A DNA stretch of 60,726 bases, counting the filler, from Nemertoderma westbladi (taxonomy: Eukaryota; Animalia; Xenacoelomorpha), in NCBI GenBank assembly GCA_032718475.1. It is 4 parts of 4 records of this genome, joined end to end, with 100 filler letters (N's around TTAATTAATTAA, not from the genome) between each part and the next. Parts side by side here need not be neighbours in the genome. Positions count along the whole stretch, not along the records: positions 48,157 to 60,726 come from JAUCBJ010004374.1; 3 more parts are not named here. One strand, written 5' to 3'. The position numbers and the translations under genes were made by a program. Positions within the stretch are counted from its first letter, which is position 1; the number at the start of each line of letters is the position of its first letter. The notes under the pieces were generated by a model, which saw nothing but the letters and a program-made list of their open reading frames with translations, searched no databases and was not told where the DNA came from. Positions 49,523 through 60,726 of the stretch are shown here, piece by piece.

Positions 49523-50016
49523 AAGGGGAAGCCACCAATAAACCCTTGTTAAACTGTGTATTGCTAAACAGCCGGTCGCTGAAAAACAAACTTACGGAAT
49601 TTGGGTATTTATTAGATAGTGCCGAGTACGACATCATTGGTGTAACTGAATCTTGGCTGAATGATACTGTATGTAATAGTATGATTAATGGTTCACGCCA
49701 CAATTACCAAGTTTTTAGAAATGATCGAGACACAAACGGCGGAGGGGTAGTAATTCTGGTAAAAGATTTTATTAAATGTGTTAGGGTTCCATTACCGCCG
49801 CCATTTTTGGACTGCGAAGTAGTGGCAATTGACTTGATTGGTAGGAGTCCATCGCGCTTAATCTGTGTTTATCGTACAACTAACAATGTTCTAGCTTGGA
49901 CAAATTCAAATTCAGTAATTTATAATAATAAACTGTGCTCTTGTATTTCAGAGTTATGCAATGTTGAACAACCGGCTGTTGTCATTGGTGACTTTAATCT
50001 ACCAGACATTAATTGA
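49501..50016 (+). pseudogene. CR1 ORF2 N-terminal APE endonuclease, truncated
   Basis: LNSRSLKNK, IIGVTESWL, RNDR..GGGV, CVYR, GDFNLPDIN; then breaks into the poly-C-headed repeat. Confidence 0.92.
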
Positions 50017-50024
50017 CACAACAA

Positions 50025-51195
50025 TACCCCCCCCCCCCCCCCCCCCTGCCTGAAGTTGGTTATTTGATCAGGCAAGGAGTATTTCTGCTACCGGCACACC
50101 GCTTGGCCTAGGGAGGTTTTATTAATATCCTACCGCGCCTTGCCACGTACTGATAGGTATTGCTGCTAACTACCGCGGCAACAAAGTTCTAGAATCAAAT
50201 TTGTATACCAGATCAGCTAACGTAAGGTAGCAATTAATCCCTATTTCTTATCTTACAACCAGAATCTGGTATTTGTGCCGATCACGGGTGTAGTTACTAA
50301 CACCGTGGTTGCCCAGTTGAGTTGTGGATAGGAAGGAGAGAGCTTTGACGTCATTTGTAAGTATAAAGTTCTACAAAACGCGACTAGCTTATTTTAGTAG
50401 CTAGCGCACGGTATTATTTCGGTCAGAGAATTACTAAAACCTAGTAAATGATATACATCAAAATTGTTTTATTGTAACACACCCACACACACACGCCCTA
50501 AAACATATTTACCCTTAGAGTTTCTACTAGTTATAGCGCACTTTAGATTACTTTTAGGCAGAATTTATCTGTATTTGTAAATTAGGATCAGATATTTAGT
50601 TACGGCAAGAGGGAGTATTTCATTTTCGTTATTAAACTGTTGTTTTCTGCGCAGCAGTATTGTTACATTTAGGCACGACCTTTTTTAGGCTGATTCAGAC
50701 AGGGAGATCAGTATTGTTACGCTAGGGCTGTAACCCACCTAGCTCGTATATAAACCATATAAATCACACCGCGGCAAGTTACTGTATTTAGGACTGTCAG
50801 CGATAGTTAGGATTCACTGCGCGGGGATTGTTTTCCCGTGAGTTTGGTCTGTTACGGTAACTGTACATCTGCCATACCGGTTAGAGGACAGGTATCCTTT
50901 TGTCTAGTTCGTAGGCATTAGACCCGCCCACGTACATAGAATAGACACCAGGCTCTGCTCCTCGCCAGTAGTAGTTTGTGTATTGTATCTGTTTGGTTAG
51001 ATATCCTGGACTGGGATTTGTTGTCAGATACTGTACGAGCCCGTTTCATTACTACTAGAGTCTTACAGTAAGATACATCGTTACTAGGATCTGGTAAGCG
51101 GTATACTACTGGACTTTACGGATAGAGATATTCTATAGCTTCGTATTAGTAGATTTGTAGGCTGTAGGGTCCCTACCGTAGAGGACACAACAGAT
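50025..51195. repeat. ~1.1-kb dispersed repeat, copy 2
   Basis: Colinear with 34484-35617 and 24082-24294; hairpin GTAGGG-T-CCCTAC near its end. Confidence 0.9.
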
Positions 51196-52613
51196 CAAAT
51201 TTGAAAATAGACCAAAAAAATCCCATTATTTGTAAAAAAAAATAATAATAAGGGAAACGTGTATGTAGCAGTAGCTCCTCCTCCATGACTGTAACCGAAT
51301 CTCCAAGCAAACAAATCAGCAGTTCGGTAGCGTGAGCGTAGATCTGATTCTCAATTTTAGTAATTTTGTCTAGAAATGGTATCTCTAAATTAGAAGTACA
51401 GTATAACAGTAAATCTCACCAAATTTGGAATCCATGGTTGTAACTGACATCAAACAGAGGATAACCATGTAAAACAGTCGCTCTAAGTCTTACTTACCAG
51501 TTAAGTCAAATGGAATGAAATACCTCCAACTCTCTGTAGTTAGGGATCAAAATAAATAAATCATAAATCATAAGAAATAACTAATATTTTGTCCAAAATA
51601 ATGCTAAGTTGACAGATTCATTTGCTGTCCTTAATCCTATGTACTAAAATAAAATAAAGGATGAAAGAAATCAAATTGTCCGTATGAAATCCAAAACCTG
51701 CAAAAGTTTAATGAATACAACACACTTGGCTTCAGACGGCCGTTTCGGTGAAAGTGCCGGTGCACGGAGCGTCTCTGAAACCCAGGTAGCGCTCTAACGT
51801 ACAGTAGCTATGAAACCCTAAACATATCGGCAACAAATAGCCTACTCTAAGGGCAGTTGTCCGGGGTGGTAATGGTCCTGTCACGGTCATCGTAATGCTT
51901 TCAAATCACTCAAATATTATTTCAATATCACACATCATTCCCTAAACACAAATCACCCAAATAATGTGAAGATGATGCCAATGCTGATTGCTCCTTCTAT
52001 AAGCTGAACCCACTATAATCATTAGTCTTGGCTTATAGATAGAAGGAGAAACCTCCATAAAGACGTAAGATATTCCTTTCATTAAAGATTAACAAAGACG
52101 CGACACAATCAACAAACGACCTTGAAAACTAACTATAGTCATTTTATTCTTTATTGCTCACTTGATATTTCTGTATCATAAAATATTCAGCCTGCATGCA
52201 TTCATCCATGGTATGGTTGTGTGAAAGGTTTCAGCCGGAATACCATGCCAATTGAAACAGAAATAGACCTTATGATAAATCTCTAAACTGTAGATGTGAC
52301 TGCAATGCACTTGTTACTCTCTAAATTGAATAACCAGGGAATTGTTACAGGAACAAATATATGTAATGAATGTAGACTCGGATTTGGTAGACAAAATAAG
52401 CCAAAATTCGATTTTGTAATTGAATAAACCAGCATAGAAATTGTTACATTATATTAATTTATCTATTACATTTATTAAATACATTCTGAAAATTAAGTTA
52501 TCCATAATTTAATGAAAGTACTATTAAAAAAACAATAACTACCTGGCAATAATTCATTTATCAGAGGAGGGTGGAGGGCAGCGCTGACGTTCCTATCTGC
52601 GTTTGCTAGGAGA

Positions 52614-53381
52614 ATGGCAGTCACAGTGGTCTTGCAGCGATACAGGCAGCAGCGCCATTCATCACTATGTTGTGCTATTTACATGATACTAAACATTATT
52701 ACAATCTGTTATGGGAGTTTCTCTTGTTATGAAGAAGGAACAATAACCTTTAATGCAACTACTGATGAACTACAGCGGGAGTTGGTTGAGAAATTCGCTT
52801 CACTGAGAAGTAGCAACCAACAATGGTTTGAAATGGTGAAATTCACAACCACACGCCACAATATCAGAAACATGAAACACAATTGCACAGAATGTGGTCA
52901 ATTTTCCTATCAAAGTATCTCCGTAGATGAAGACACTGGGCATGAGTTCATGCTTCAGGTAGACATGACATATTGCATAAACCAAGAAAAAGATGACAAT
53001 CTTGGCACTTTGAGGAATCATTGCCTGGCTCTGGAAGAATACAGATGTCAAACATTCATTCAACAGATAGAAGATGGGTTTAAAATAGATCACCACAGCT
53101 TCAAAGATGTGGAAACATTCATGGATGATCTTTTTCGGGTTACATTTATTGTTAGGGACTTTTTGCACCATGGGTTCACCGTTGGGTACATATCGTGCCG
53201 CATGATGTGTTGCCCTGGTGTGTGTCCTACTCCAATGTGGGAAGTTAATCTAGCTACACCAACTAGCAGTGCGCATAAAGAAACTACAACAGTTGAGACG
53301 AAAGCAATCAGTTCAGGTGTGATGGCTACTCCGGTAATTCAAATTGTTTTGGTGCTGGTTACATTCACTGCAGTATTTTGA
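52614..53381 (+). CDS. Secreted / GPI-anchored Cys-rich protein of unknown function, possibly an expanded Ly6/uPAR (three-finger) fold
   Basis: 255-aa uninterrupted ORF in AT-rich DNA. Hydrophobic signal ending ICYG, mature start SFSCY, 10 Cys ending CxxxCCxxxC, Ser/Thr stalk, SSG omega-like site and hydrophobic C-terminus. Upstream acceptor ttcatttatcag ends at 52564. Confidence 0.75.
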   Translation: MAVTVVLQRYRQQRHSSLCCAIYMILNIITICYGSFSCYEEGTITFNATTDELQRELVEKFASLRSSNQQWFEMVKFTTTRHNIRNMKHNCTECGQFSYQSISVDEDTGHEFMLQVDMTYCINQEKDDNLGTLRNHCLALEEYRCQTFIQQIEDGFKIDHHSFKDVETFMDDLFRVTFIVRDFLHHGFTVGYISCRMMCCPGVCPTPMWEVNLATPTSSAHKETTTVETKAISSGVMATPVIQIVLVLVTFTAVF

Positions 53382-53869
53382 AACATATTTTAACTTTAAC
53401 TGAAATATATAATAATAATATGCTAGAAATTTAAATCTTGATTTTTTTCTGAGGGTGCTGTCAAGGCCTTTACAGGCGGCTAACCCTACATCGGCCAAAG
53501 AAGTTCGTTTGTAGCCCTTGTGAGTACTATCAAATGCCTTGGGATACCTGCCGCATAGCAGGAGCACTCACGAATGTTTGTATATATATATTATCTAATA
53601 ACTGAAATATACATTATTTATTGTAAATTGTTTATTATTGTTGCTATTATAATTAGCAACGATGCACTACTGTAGATATCTCAAAGTTGTATTTTTGAAA
53701 GTGGATGCAAACCAAAAAGTAATACAAATCAATATTATATATATATATATATTCCAAAGTTTGGCCTAAACTTGCGATCTAACGATCCTCACCTCACTAC
53801 AACTTTAAATACTCACGTTTTTCAACCTCAATGCCCCCCCCCCCCCCCCCCCCCCCCATTGACTTATTT

Positions 53870-54353
53870 ATTAAGTCAAATTCTCTCATTTTCTTTACAT
53901 TGGGATCCTCTGGGTCTAGTGGTAATGACGGTAGAAATCTATGCCATCCAACTTCAGCACTTAGGAATTTTGTTTTTTGTTACCATTCCCACTCCATTAA
54001 TAGCATTTTCGCATTCTTGCTTGGTTTTAAGCAATGTTTGAATACTGATTAATGTTTCCAAGGATTGTAATAACGTATCTTCCAAATTATCGATATCTGC
54101 ATCAGGGTCATCATTGGGTCCACAGTCTGGATGACATATGACCAACATATCAGAATCGCGGAATTTGTCGAATTTTTTTCCCAATCCGCAATCTGAGTGC
54201 CAATTGAAGCAGGAAATTGCTGCTGTTCAATGGGAGTGATTTATAAAGTCGTATCGCCTCTATCCCTCCTTTAGTAGCTCTAGTAACAGCTGACTTGCAG
54301 CCTCGTCGAGAGGACTTTAACATGGTTATTTTTACCATCAGACATTCTAACAT
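53870..54353 (-). pseudogene. Possible BEL/Pao gag N-terminal remnant (frameshifted)
   Basis: LKSSRRGCKSAVTR followed by a helical/acidic segment across two overlapping ORFs; resemblance judged by eye only. Confidence 0.35.
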
Positions 54354-55075
54354 TAATAATTTGTTCGTTTATACAAAACTGTTATTCAGCATTTTGAATA
54401 TACAATAAAAAAAACTTGGTTGCGCTTAAAACCCTAAGGCTTTTACAGTTTTGAACCTAATCACATGAAAGTTTTTTTATATGATAGATCAAAGATGGGG
54501 CAACATAACTATCAGGCGAAAGTTTGTGAAAATAATTCTGCACCGCTAGGTGGCGCTGCAAATTTATGCTAATTTTTAGGTTTTTTATAAATAGTATTAA
54601 ATTTTATTAACAAAAAATTTCGAAAAGTTGCCTGATAATTTTATGCAGGGTGGCTATCTAGACACCCACAGGAAGTTTCAGACTAATTACTCAAAAATTG
54701 TAGAAGTAGTAGGGTTTTGAAGTTGACAATTTCATGAAAAAAATATTTGGAGATAATTGACCTTTCATTATACATAGTAATAGTAATTTCAAAAGGATTC
54801 CCTAAATGGAAATTTACATAACTTATAAACTAAAAGAGCTATTAAAAAGCGGTTTTCAGATTTGGAAACACCATTCAATGGTGCATTATAATAGACCATA
54901 AAAAAAATTTCGACATATTTTGGACCAAAATGGTGTACCCCCCCTTAAGTGTGTAAGATTTGATTGTTTCGTCACGAAACCATTAGGGCACAGAAACTGA
55001 CGAATTCTTCGCGAATTTCGCAAACGTCGCAAACTTCGGGAATTTGTTCTACAATTTTGACTCCTTAAGCTGAAG

Positions 55076-55436
55076 GGTCCCGAATGAGTTTTTTAACCTT
55101 TATTTTTTGTGATTTTGAGTGCTTTTTTATATTAGTGAATGTTCTAGAACCTTAGTAGATTTTTTATGGTATATAGCTAGTATTTTTCTACTAGCTAGTA
55201 ATTTTTGGAAATTATTTTGGTCATTAATATATTCTTCAACAGTTTAACCTGAAATATCATGGACTTTCACATTTTTTATAATTTCAAAAAATACTAGCTA
55301 GCAAAAAAACACTAGCTATCATAAAAAACATATCTACTAATGTTGTAGAACTTTCACCAATACCAAAAAAATTAAAAAACTCTAAAAAAGGATTGGTGAA
55401 AAATGGCTGGGGTGTCGACAGGGCGAAGTAGGGACC
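55076..55436. mobile_element. Decayed fold-back MITE
   Basis: GGTCCC / GGGACC ends; internal IR GTTCTAGAACCTTAGTAGAT..CTAGCTAGTA versus TACTAGCTAG..ATCTACTAATGTTGTAGAAC. Confidence 0.6.
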
Positions 55437-55443
55437 GTGTTGC

Positions 55444-55516
55444 TTAACCCCTTAGAGCCTAATGACGTCCACTGCACGTCACCATGGACAGCACGAAGAC
55501 GTGCAGTGGACGTCAT
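55444..55516 (+). mobile_element. piggyBac-like element end
   Basis: TTAA-CCC terminus followed by a perfect 19-bp IR ATGACGTCCACTGCACGTC / GACGTGCAGTGGACGTCAT; no partner end found. Confidence 0.5.
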
Positions 55517-55689
55517 GCTGGAATACATGTTTTATTGGAAGGCTCTTGGAGTAGGTATACTGGTGGATAGTATTAATGACATTTATTGCTCTTCATGGCA
55601 AAAAATCCATTCTGTACTGTAGATAGGCTGTATTGTAGACTGTATTATTAGTGTTAGGTATATGGCGTCATGCCAACCACAGTACAGTA

Positions 55690-56222
55690 GTTCAGACTGA
55701 CAGAGAGACCGACAGACAGACATACTAGATTTATGTAAACGTGTAAACTGACATCAGAAATGAAATCAGCAACCCTTAAAATCCCCATAGCGAGAATGTT
55801 GGTTAGTTAGTATACTTTCTTAAGTTTTCACAGACTGACTGACAGAAAGACCGACAGCCAGACAGACTAGATTTTTTTAAACGTGAAAACTGACATCTAA
55901 AATAAAATCAGCACCCATTAAAACCCCCATAACGAGAATGTTAGTTAGTTTGTATTCTTTTTTAAGTTTTGACAGACTGACTGACTGACAGAAAGACCGA
56001 CAAGATTTATGTAAACCTGAAAACTGACATCAGAAATGAAATCAACACCCCTTAAAACCCCCATAGCGAGAATGTTAGTTAATTTGAATTATCTTTTAAG
56101 TTTTGACAGACTGACTGACAGAATGACCGACATACAGACAGACTAGATTTATGTAAACGTGAAAACTGACATCAGAAATGTAATCAGCACTCCTTACAAC
56201 CCCCATAGCGAGAATGTTAGCG
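55690..56222. repeat. ~116-bp tandem repeat (4-5 copies) with GACA/GACT microsatellite
   Basis: AAACTGACATCAGAAATGAAATCAGCA..CCCCATAGCGAGAATGTT recurs at about 55745, 55887, 56021 and 56163. Confidence 0.9.
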
Positions 56223-57003
56223 ACAAGTTTTAATTATTAACCATATTTCGTAAGATAGATTTTAAAACATTTATTTATTAATAATGCAATAACTGAATAA
56301 CCAGATAACGGAAAGACAAACCGAATTGAAACTTTTAATTACTAATAATAATTGTGGTGAGAGGTGATGGAAATCAAGAATATATGTTATGTTATGGAGC
56401 ACGCCTTGGTAGGCACAGGCAAATGAATTGATGTCTGTTGAGATGTATTGAAGGAGCACTATTCCTTGTACTGGACTACTATGTCCTTGTGTAGCCTAGG
56501 CACTACTGGCTTGGTCAAAGACTTCAGCTTGCAGTAATGTAAAACTTCAAGAAATATTATCGGGCACGGCTGCCCTTGCCATGCCTTAGGCTCTATGGGG
56601 GAGAATGGAATCAGGGTATGAATTTACAATGTTAATTATGTTTAAATCAATTAAAAATACATTTATTAACGCAAATCACTTGAAAAAATAAAAAACTATA
56701 ATGGGATGGGGTACATGGATTCCAGATATCTAATTTCTGTGCAAAATAACTTTAATCGTATGGTGCTAAACAATTAATTTCCATGGAGAGACCGTTCAAA
56801 ATGACTCAACCATACAATTTAGCTGAAGATATTAACTTCGATTATGGCTTCCGACATTTATGGCTTCCGACACACACACACACACGTCACACACACACAC
56901 ACACACACACAGACTTTTGAAAAACGGCCATAGTATAATTATATCAGTTCGCTGATGGCTCGCCATACGTGTCTCGCCCCACAGTATATTGGTTTATACA
57001 TAT

Positions 57004-57200
57004 ATAACACCTTCGTGTGGCCTTCGCGCAGCACGAGGCTCAGTTATGAGATACAGATTAATATTGAGCGATTCTACAATATCACAAACTCGGTATTCAA
57101 GAAATTTAACCAAACACCAGTAAATCAAACAGAGGGGAATAAAGAACATCATCAATCTCCTTCTTAATCTGCACCACCCCAACCCAAAGGCGCACACAGG
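57004..57200 (+). mobile_element. Diverged copy of the Helentron-like repeat
   Basis: ATAACACCTTCGTGTGGCCTTCGCGCAGCACGAGGCTCAGTTATGAGATACA matches 60455 onward. Confidence 0.7.
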
Positions 57201-58760
57201 ATTGATGAAAGGCAGGTATTAATTTGAAACTTATGTTTTAAAAGTAATATATTATATTTATTTTTAATATAACACAAAATACAACTGGAAGCGATTCACA
57301 AATATGCAAACAGCACAAATTTATTTCTATAATAATTAAAGATCCCATATTATTTAATTTATTTAACCATGAAAGAAATCAATAAACTCATGTTATTGGT
57401 AACATGTTAAACTCAATAAGTAATAATAAATATTTTAGGTGTAAAACTTACCTTATGCCGATAGTATTGATACTGAAATATTAATTTATCATGTGAACAC
57501 CTCAACGAAATAATTTAGCTAATAAGTATTCTAAAGAATCACGATTAAATACTCAGCCAATCATTTTGTAATGTAAACAACACATTAACCAACCTAGCTT
57601 ATTAGTCTGGCTCATTACAAGGCTGCCTAATGAGTAGTGGTGAGTTGGGGTGGTTGGTATGGTTCCCAGTTAGGCTAGGCAATAGCAGCAAGCATACCTT
57701 GGAATAAGGGAGCTAGCTGGAAGTATATTATGTAGCGACGACTGACGGGGTATTTTAATAACTTAATTACGTTTAGATCAATTAAAATCAAATTTCTTAA
57801 AGCAAATCACTTGAACTACAATTAAAAACTATAATGGAATGGAATATGGGGATTACAGCTGTATAATTTTTAAGTTTAATTATTTAAATCTTATATTAGA
57901 AAATAATTAAATTCCAATAAAGGACTGTAGACAAAAATATGCTGTTTTATACAACTTAATCAACTACGTAATACGTAATCAACTTAATTAACTAATTAAC
58001 TGCTATTATCTTAGCTTCTCGAAGGCCACACGGAAATTCAACTTGGAATATTTCTAAACTTTTGCCAAACAACATGTGTACCAAGTTGGTTAGATTTCAT
58101 CGAGAATTGGCCGATTATAATAGAAATTTACTTATTAAGAAATTTATTTTAATTGAACATAACAGAACTAGAAAGCCAGCAAGCTGGCTGGAAGGAGCCC
58201 GGGGGAAGAATCCTAGCCAAGACTATTACAAATGAACTATGTCAGTCAGCTGTAGGCCTAGTAAGTAGGCCTAAACTAAACAATTGTCTAAACTGTAAGG
58301 CGTGAGGCTAGCTGACTTTGTGGATCGTCCCACATAATAAAAAACTTTGCTACCACTAACAAAAATATAATATGAAGCAAATAATTTCATTATCAAGCAC
58401 GTTTACAAGATATAAGATTCCCGAATATTTAGAAAAAATGCCCATGATGCACAACCAGGACACCGAGCTAGTGATGACCCTGAACCCACCCTAGAACCAC
58501 CCTATATTATAAATGCAGACTCCATTTCCATACGATTATTACAACACCGGCTGCTAAGGCAATCAACCAATGCTGCATTATAGAACAAAACTAACAATAG
58601 AAAGGGGTAGCTATAGTTACTAAAACTAAAACACAAACAAAGCGCAAATATCCTAGCTGTTCCACATTAGTGTCAGTAGTTATAGTAAGGTAATAATAGT
58701 GATAACAGTTTCATTCAATTTTTTGAATAAATACAAATTATATAATATATTATAGAGCAA

Positions 58761-60458
58761 ATGAAATGTAAACAATGGAAAGTAATCAATACGATACTGG
58801 GTAGAAACAAACAAAAATTTTCAGTTGATGAAATCAAACATAAGGGAATTATATATACAGATAAAACAATAATTGCAAACCTTTTCAATGAAATATTCAT
58901 CGACTTGGGGAATTTTAACATATCCAATAACACAAAAGCGACAAATAGGAACACTAACAATCTAAATCTAGAAGCAAACTTTGCCTTCGCCAACATTTCA
59001 CCATTTTTAACAATGGACATCATCAAAAATTTAAATCAAAATAAACCAAGCGGGCCCTCCCCTATTCCGATCAAAATACTGAAATTAACCAATCCAAAAA
59101 TTTATATACAACTGACCCACATTTTTAATAGCTGTCTAACCAAATCATATTTCCCAGAAAGATTTAAAAAAGCCGTGGTAACTCCAATTTACAAAAAAGA
59201 TGATAAACTCGATCCCACAAACTACAGACCAATTTCTGTTATTAATCCTTTAGCAAAGGTGTTTGAAAAAATACTCTCGTTACAAATGCAAAGCTACATT
59301 AGAAAAAACAAATTGCTATTCCCACGCCAATTTGGGTTTAGGGCTGGGTATTCTACACAGGATGCAATTTTATATTTAAGCGAATGTTGGCGAGCTCAGC
59401 TAGACTCAAACAACTATGTAGCTGTTGCTTTTCTTGACTTAAGTAAAGCATTTAATTCGGTAGACTACCAGACATTACTTGGCAAATTATCACAACTAGG
59501 TTTTCATCCAACTGCTCTTAAACTTATAGAAAGTTATCTATACAATAGGGTTCAACAAGTTAAAATAGACAACATAACTTCCCCATGGGCGAGAGAACAA
59601 CGAGGAATCCCCCAAGGGACTCTATGTGGCCCCTTACTCTTCTCCTTATACACCAACGACTTCCCCAACTACCTATCACACTCTGCTAATATTATTTTAT
59701 ATGCTGACGATACTGTAATATATACGACGGCTAAGGATCCACATGTAGCAACCCATTTATTAAGTGTAAATATCAATAAAATGTCGACAATTTATAACAC
59801 TAATAGGATGAAATTAAACCCAGAAAAAACAGAATACTTACTACTATCACCTCGAAAACCCAACGAACAGACTAATAACATTAAACTAAATATTGACAAT
59901 GCACCTCCCATAGAACAAAGCACTACAGTAAAATATCTGGGTGTATTAATAAATAAATACCTTAATTGGAAAGAACAAATCGAAAAATCTCTTCAAAAAA
60001 TGGCAATTGCACTGTCTTGTATTCGAAAAATAAAAGGCCAACTACCCAATTCAACTAAAATCAATATATATAAATCGCTTGTCTTGCCACATCACCACTA
60101 CTGCTGTATGTTATTAACCTCACTCCACAATCGACATGGTTACAAAAAGTTATTATACAAATACGAAAAAATACAAAATATGGCTTTGAGAACAATTTTT
60201 GGTAAAAAAATAAGGGATTCTACTGGGACAGAACTTCGAGAAAGGGCAAAAATACCTACACTTTCTCAATATAGGAGCTTCTTCGGCCTAATTTTCTTTT
60301 TTAGATACATATATAACTTAAGCAAACCATTCAAACTCCTAGAGCTACCGTATTTAAAACGTAACAATACGCAATTAAATTCTAGAACATACAATCTGAA
60401 ACTTCCACGCACAACAAGTACACAGGGCCACTACAATATTAGTGCATACCTACTATAA
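58761..60458 (+). mobile_element. Non-LTR retrotransposon RT domain (L2/CR1 group, Crack/Daphne-like), open ORF lacking the endonuclease
   Basis: NYRPISV, QFGFR, FLDLSKAF, GIPQGTLCGPLLFSLYTND, YADDT, LNPEKT, KYLGV; the 3' end is cut by the downstream repeat. Confidence 0.93.
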
Positions 60459-60726
60459 CACGTTCGTGGGGCCTTCGCGCAGCACGAGGTCCAGTTATGA
60501 GATACAAATTAAAATTAAGCGACTGTATCACAAAATCAGGTTTTGAGAAATTTACCCACACCACCAATCAATCAAAGAAAGGGGGACAGTACGTGTTCAC
60601 CCCTTTTAATCCCCCCCCCCCCCCCCCCCACCCTTCTCAACCACCAATACATAACCGTGACATCTACCACCCACGGAAGGGTAGAACGAACTTATTTCCA
60701 ATCGCACGTTAAATATGCAAAGCCAG
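60455..60726 (+). mobile_element. Helentron-like non-autonomous repeat, runs off the window
   Basis: Reverse complement of 23817-24085. Confidence 0.75.

Noticed and set aside
50015-51192. GACACAACA as a 9-bp target-site duplication
   Set aside because: The same 9-mer is part of the element end in the independent copy at 24283-24291, and CR1 sequence does not resume after 51192.

Overview
AT-rich eukaryotic DNA, almost certainly from an invertebrate animal (species not determinable from sequence). It consists of four contigs joined by artificial 100-bp N/TTAATTAATTAA linkers and is dominated by nested, mostly decayed mobile elements. These include a gag-less BEL/Pao LTR element with near-identical LTRs, six non-LTR retrotransposon relics (RTE-X-like, two CR1, CRE-like with RLE nuclease, two other APE/RT types), many MITEs (Tc1/pogo, hAT, EnSpm/CMC, Harbinger-like, piggyBac-like), Helentron-like non-autonomous elements, tRNA-derived SINE heads and a 6.8-kb 38-bp satellite. 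Only two host genes are supportable: a GABA/glycine-type Cys-loop channel whose pore-lining M2 helix is deleted, and a single-coding-exon secreted, GPI-type Cys-rich orphan resembling an expanded Ly6/three-finger protein. Best leads: a -1 ribosomal frameshift signal (slippery heptamer plus candidate pseudoknot) at a CR1 ORF1/ORF2 junction, a LINE enclosed by ~280-bp DNA-transposon TIRs, the pore-less channel, the Ly6-like orphan and a 24-bp palindromic P-element-like footprint. No prokaryotic system (CRISPR, retron etc.) is supported. All calls are by eye, without database searches.
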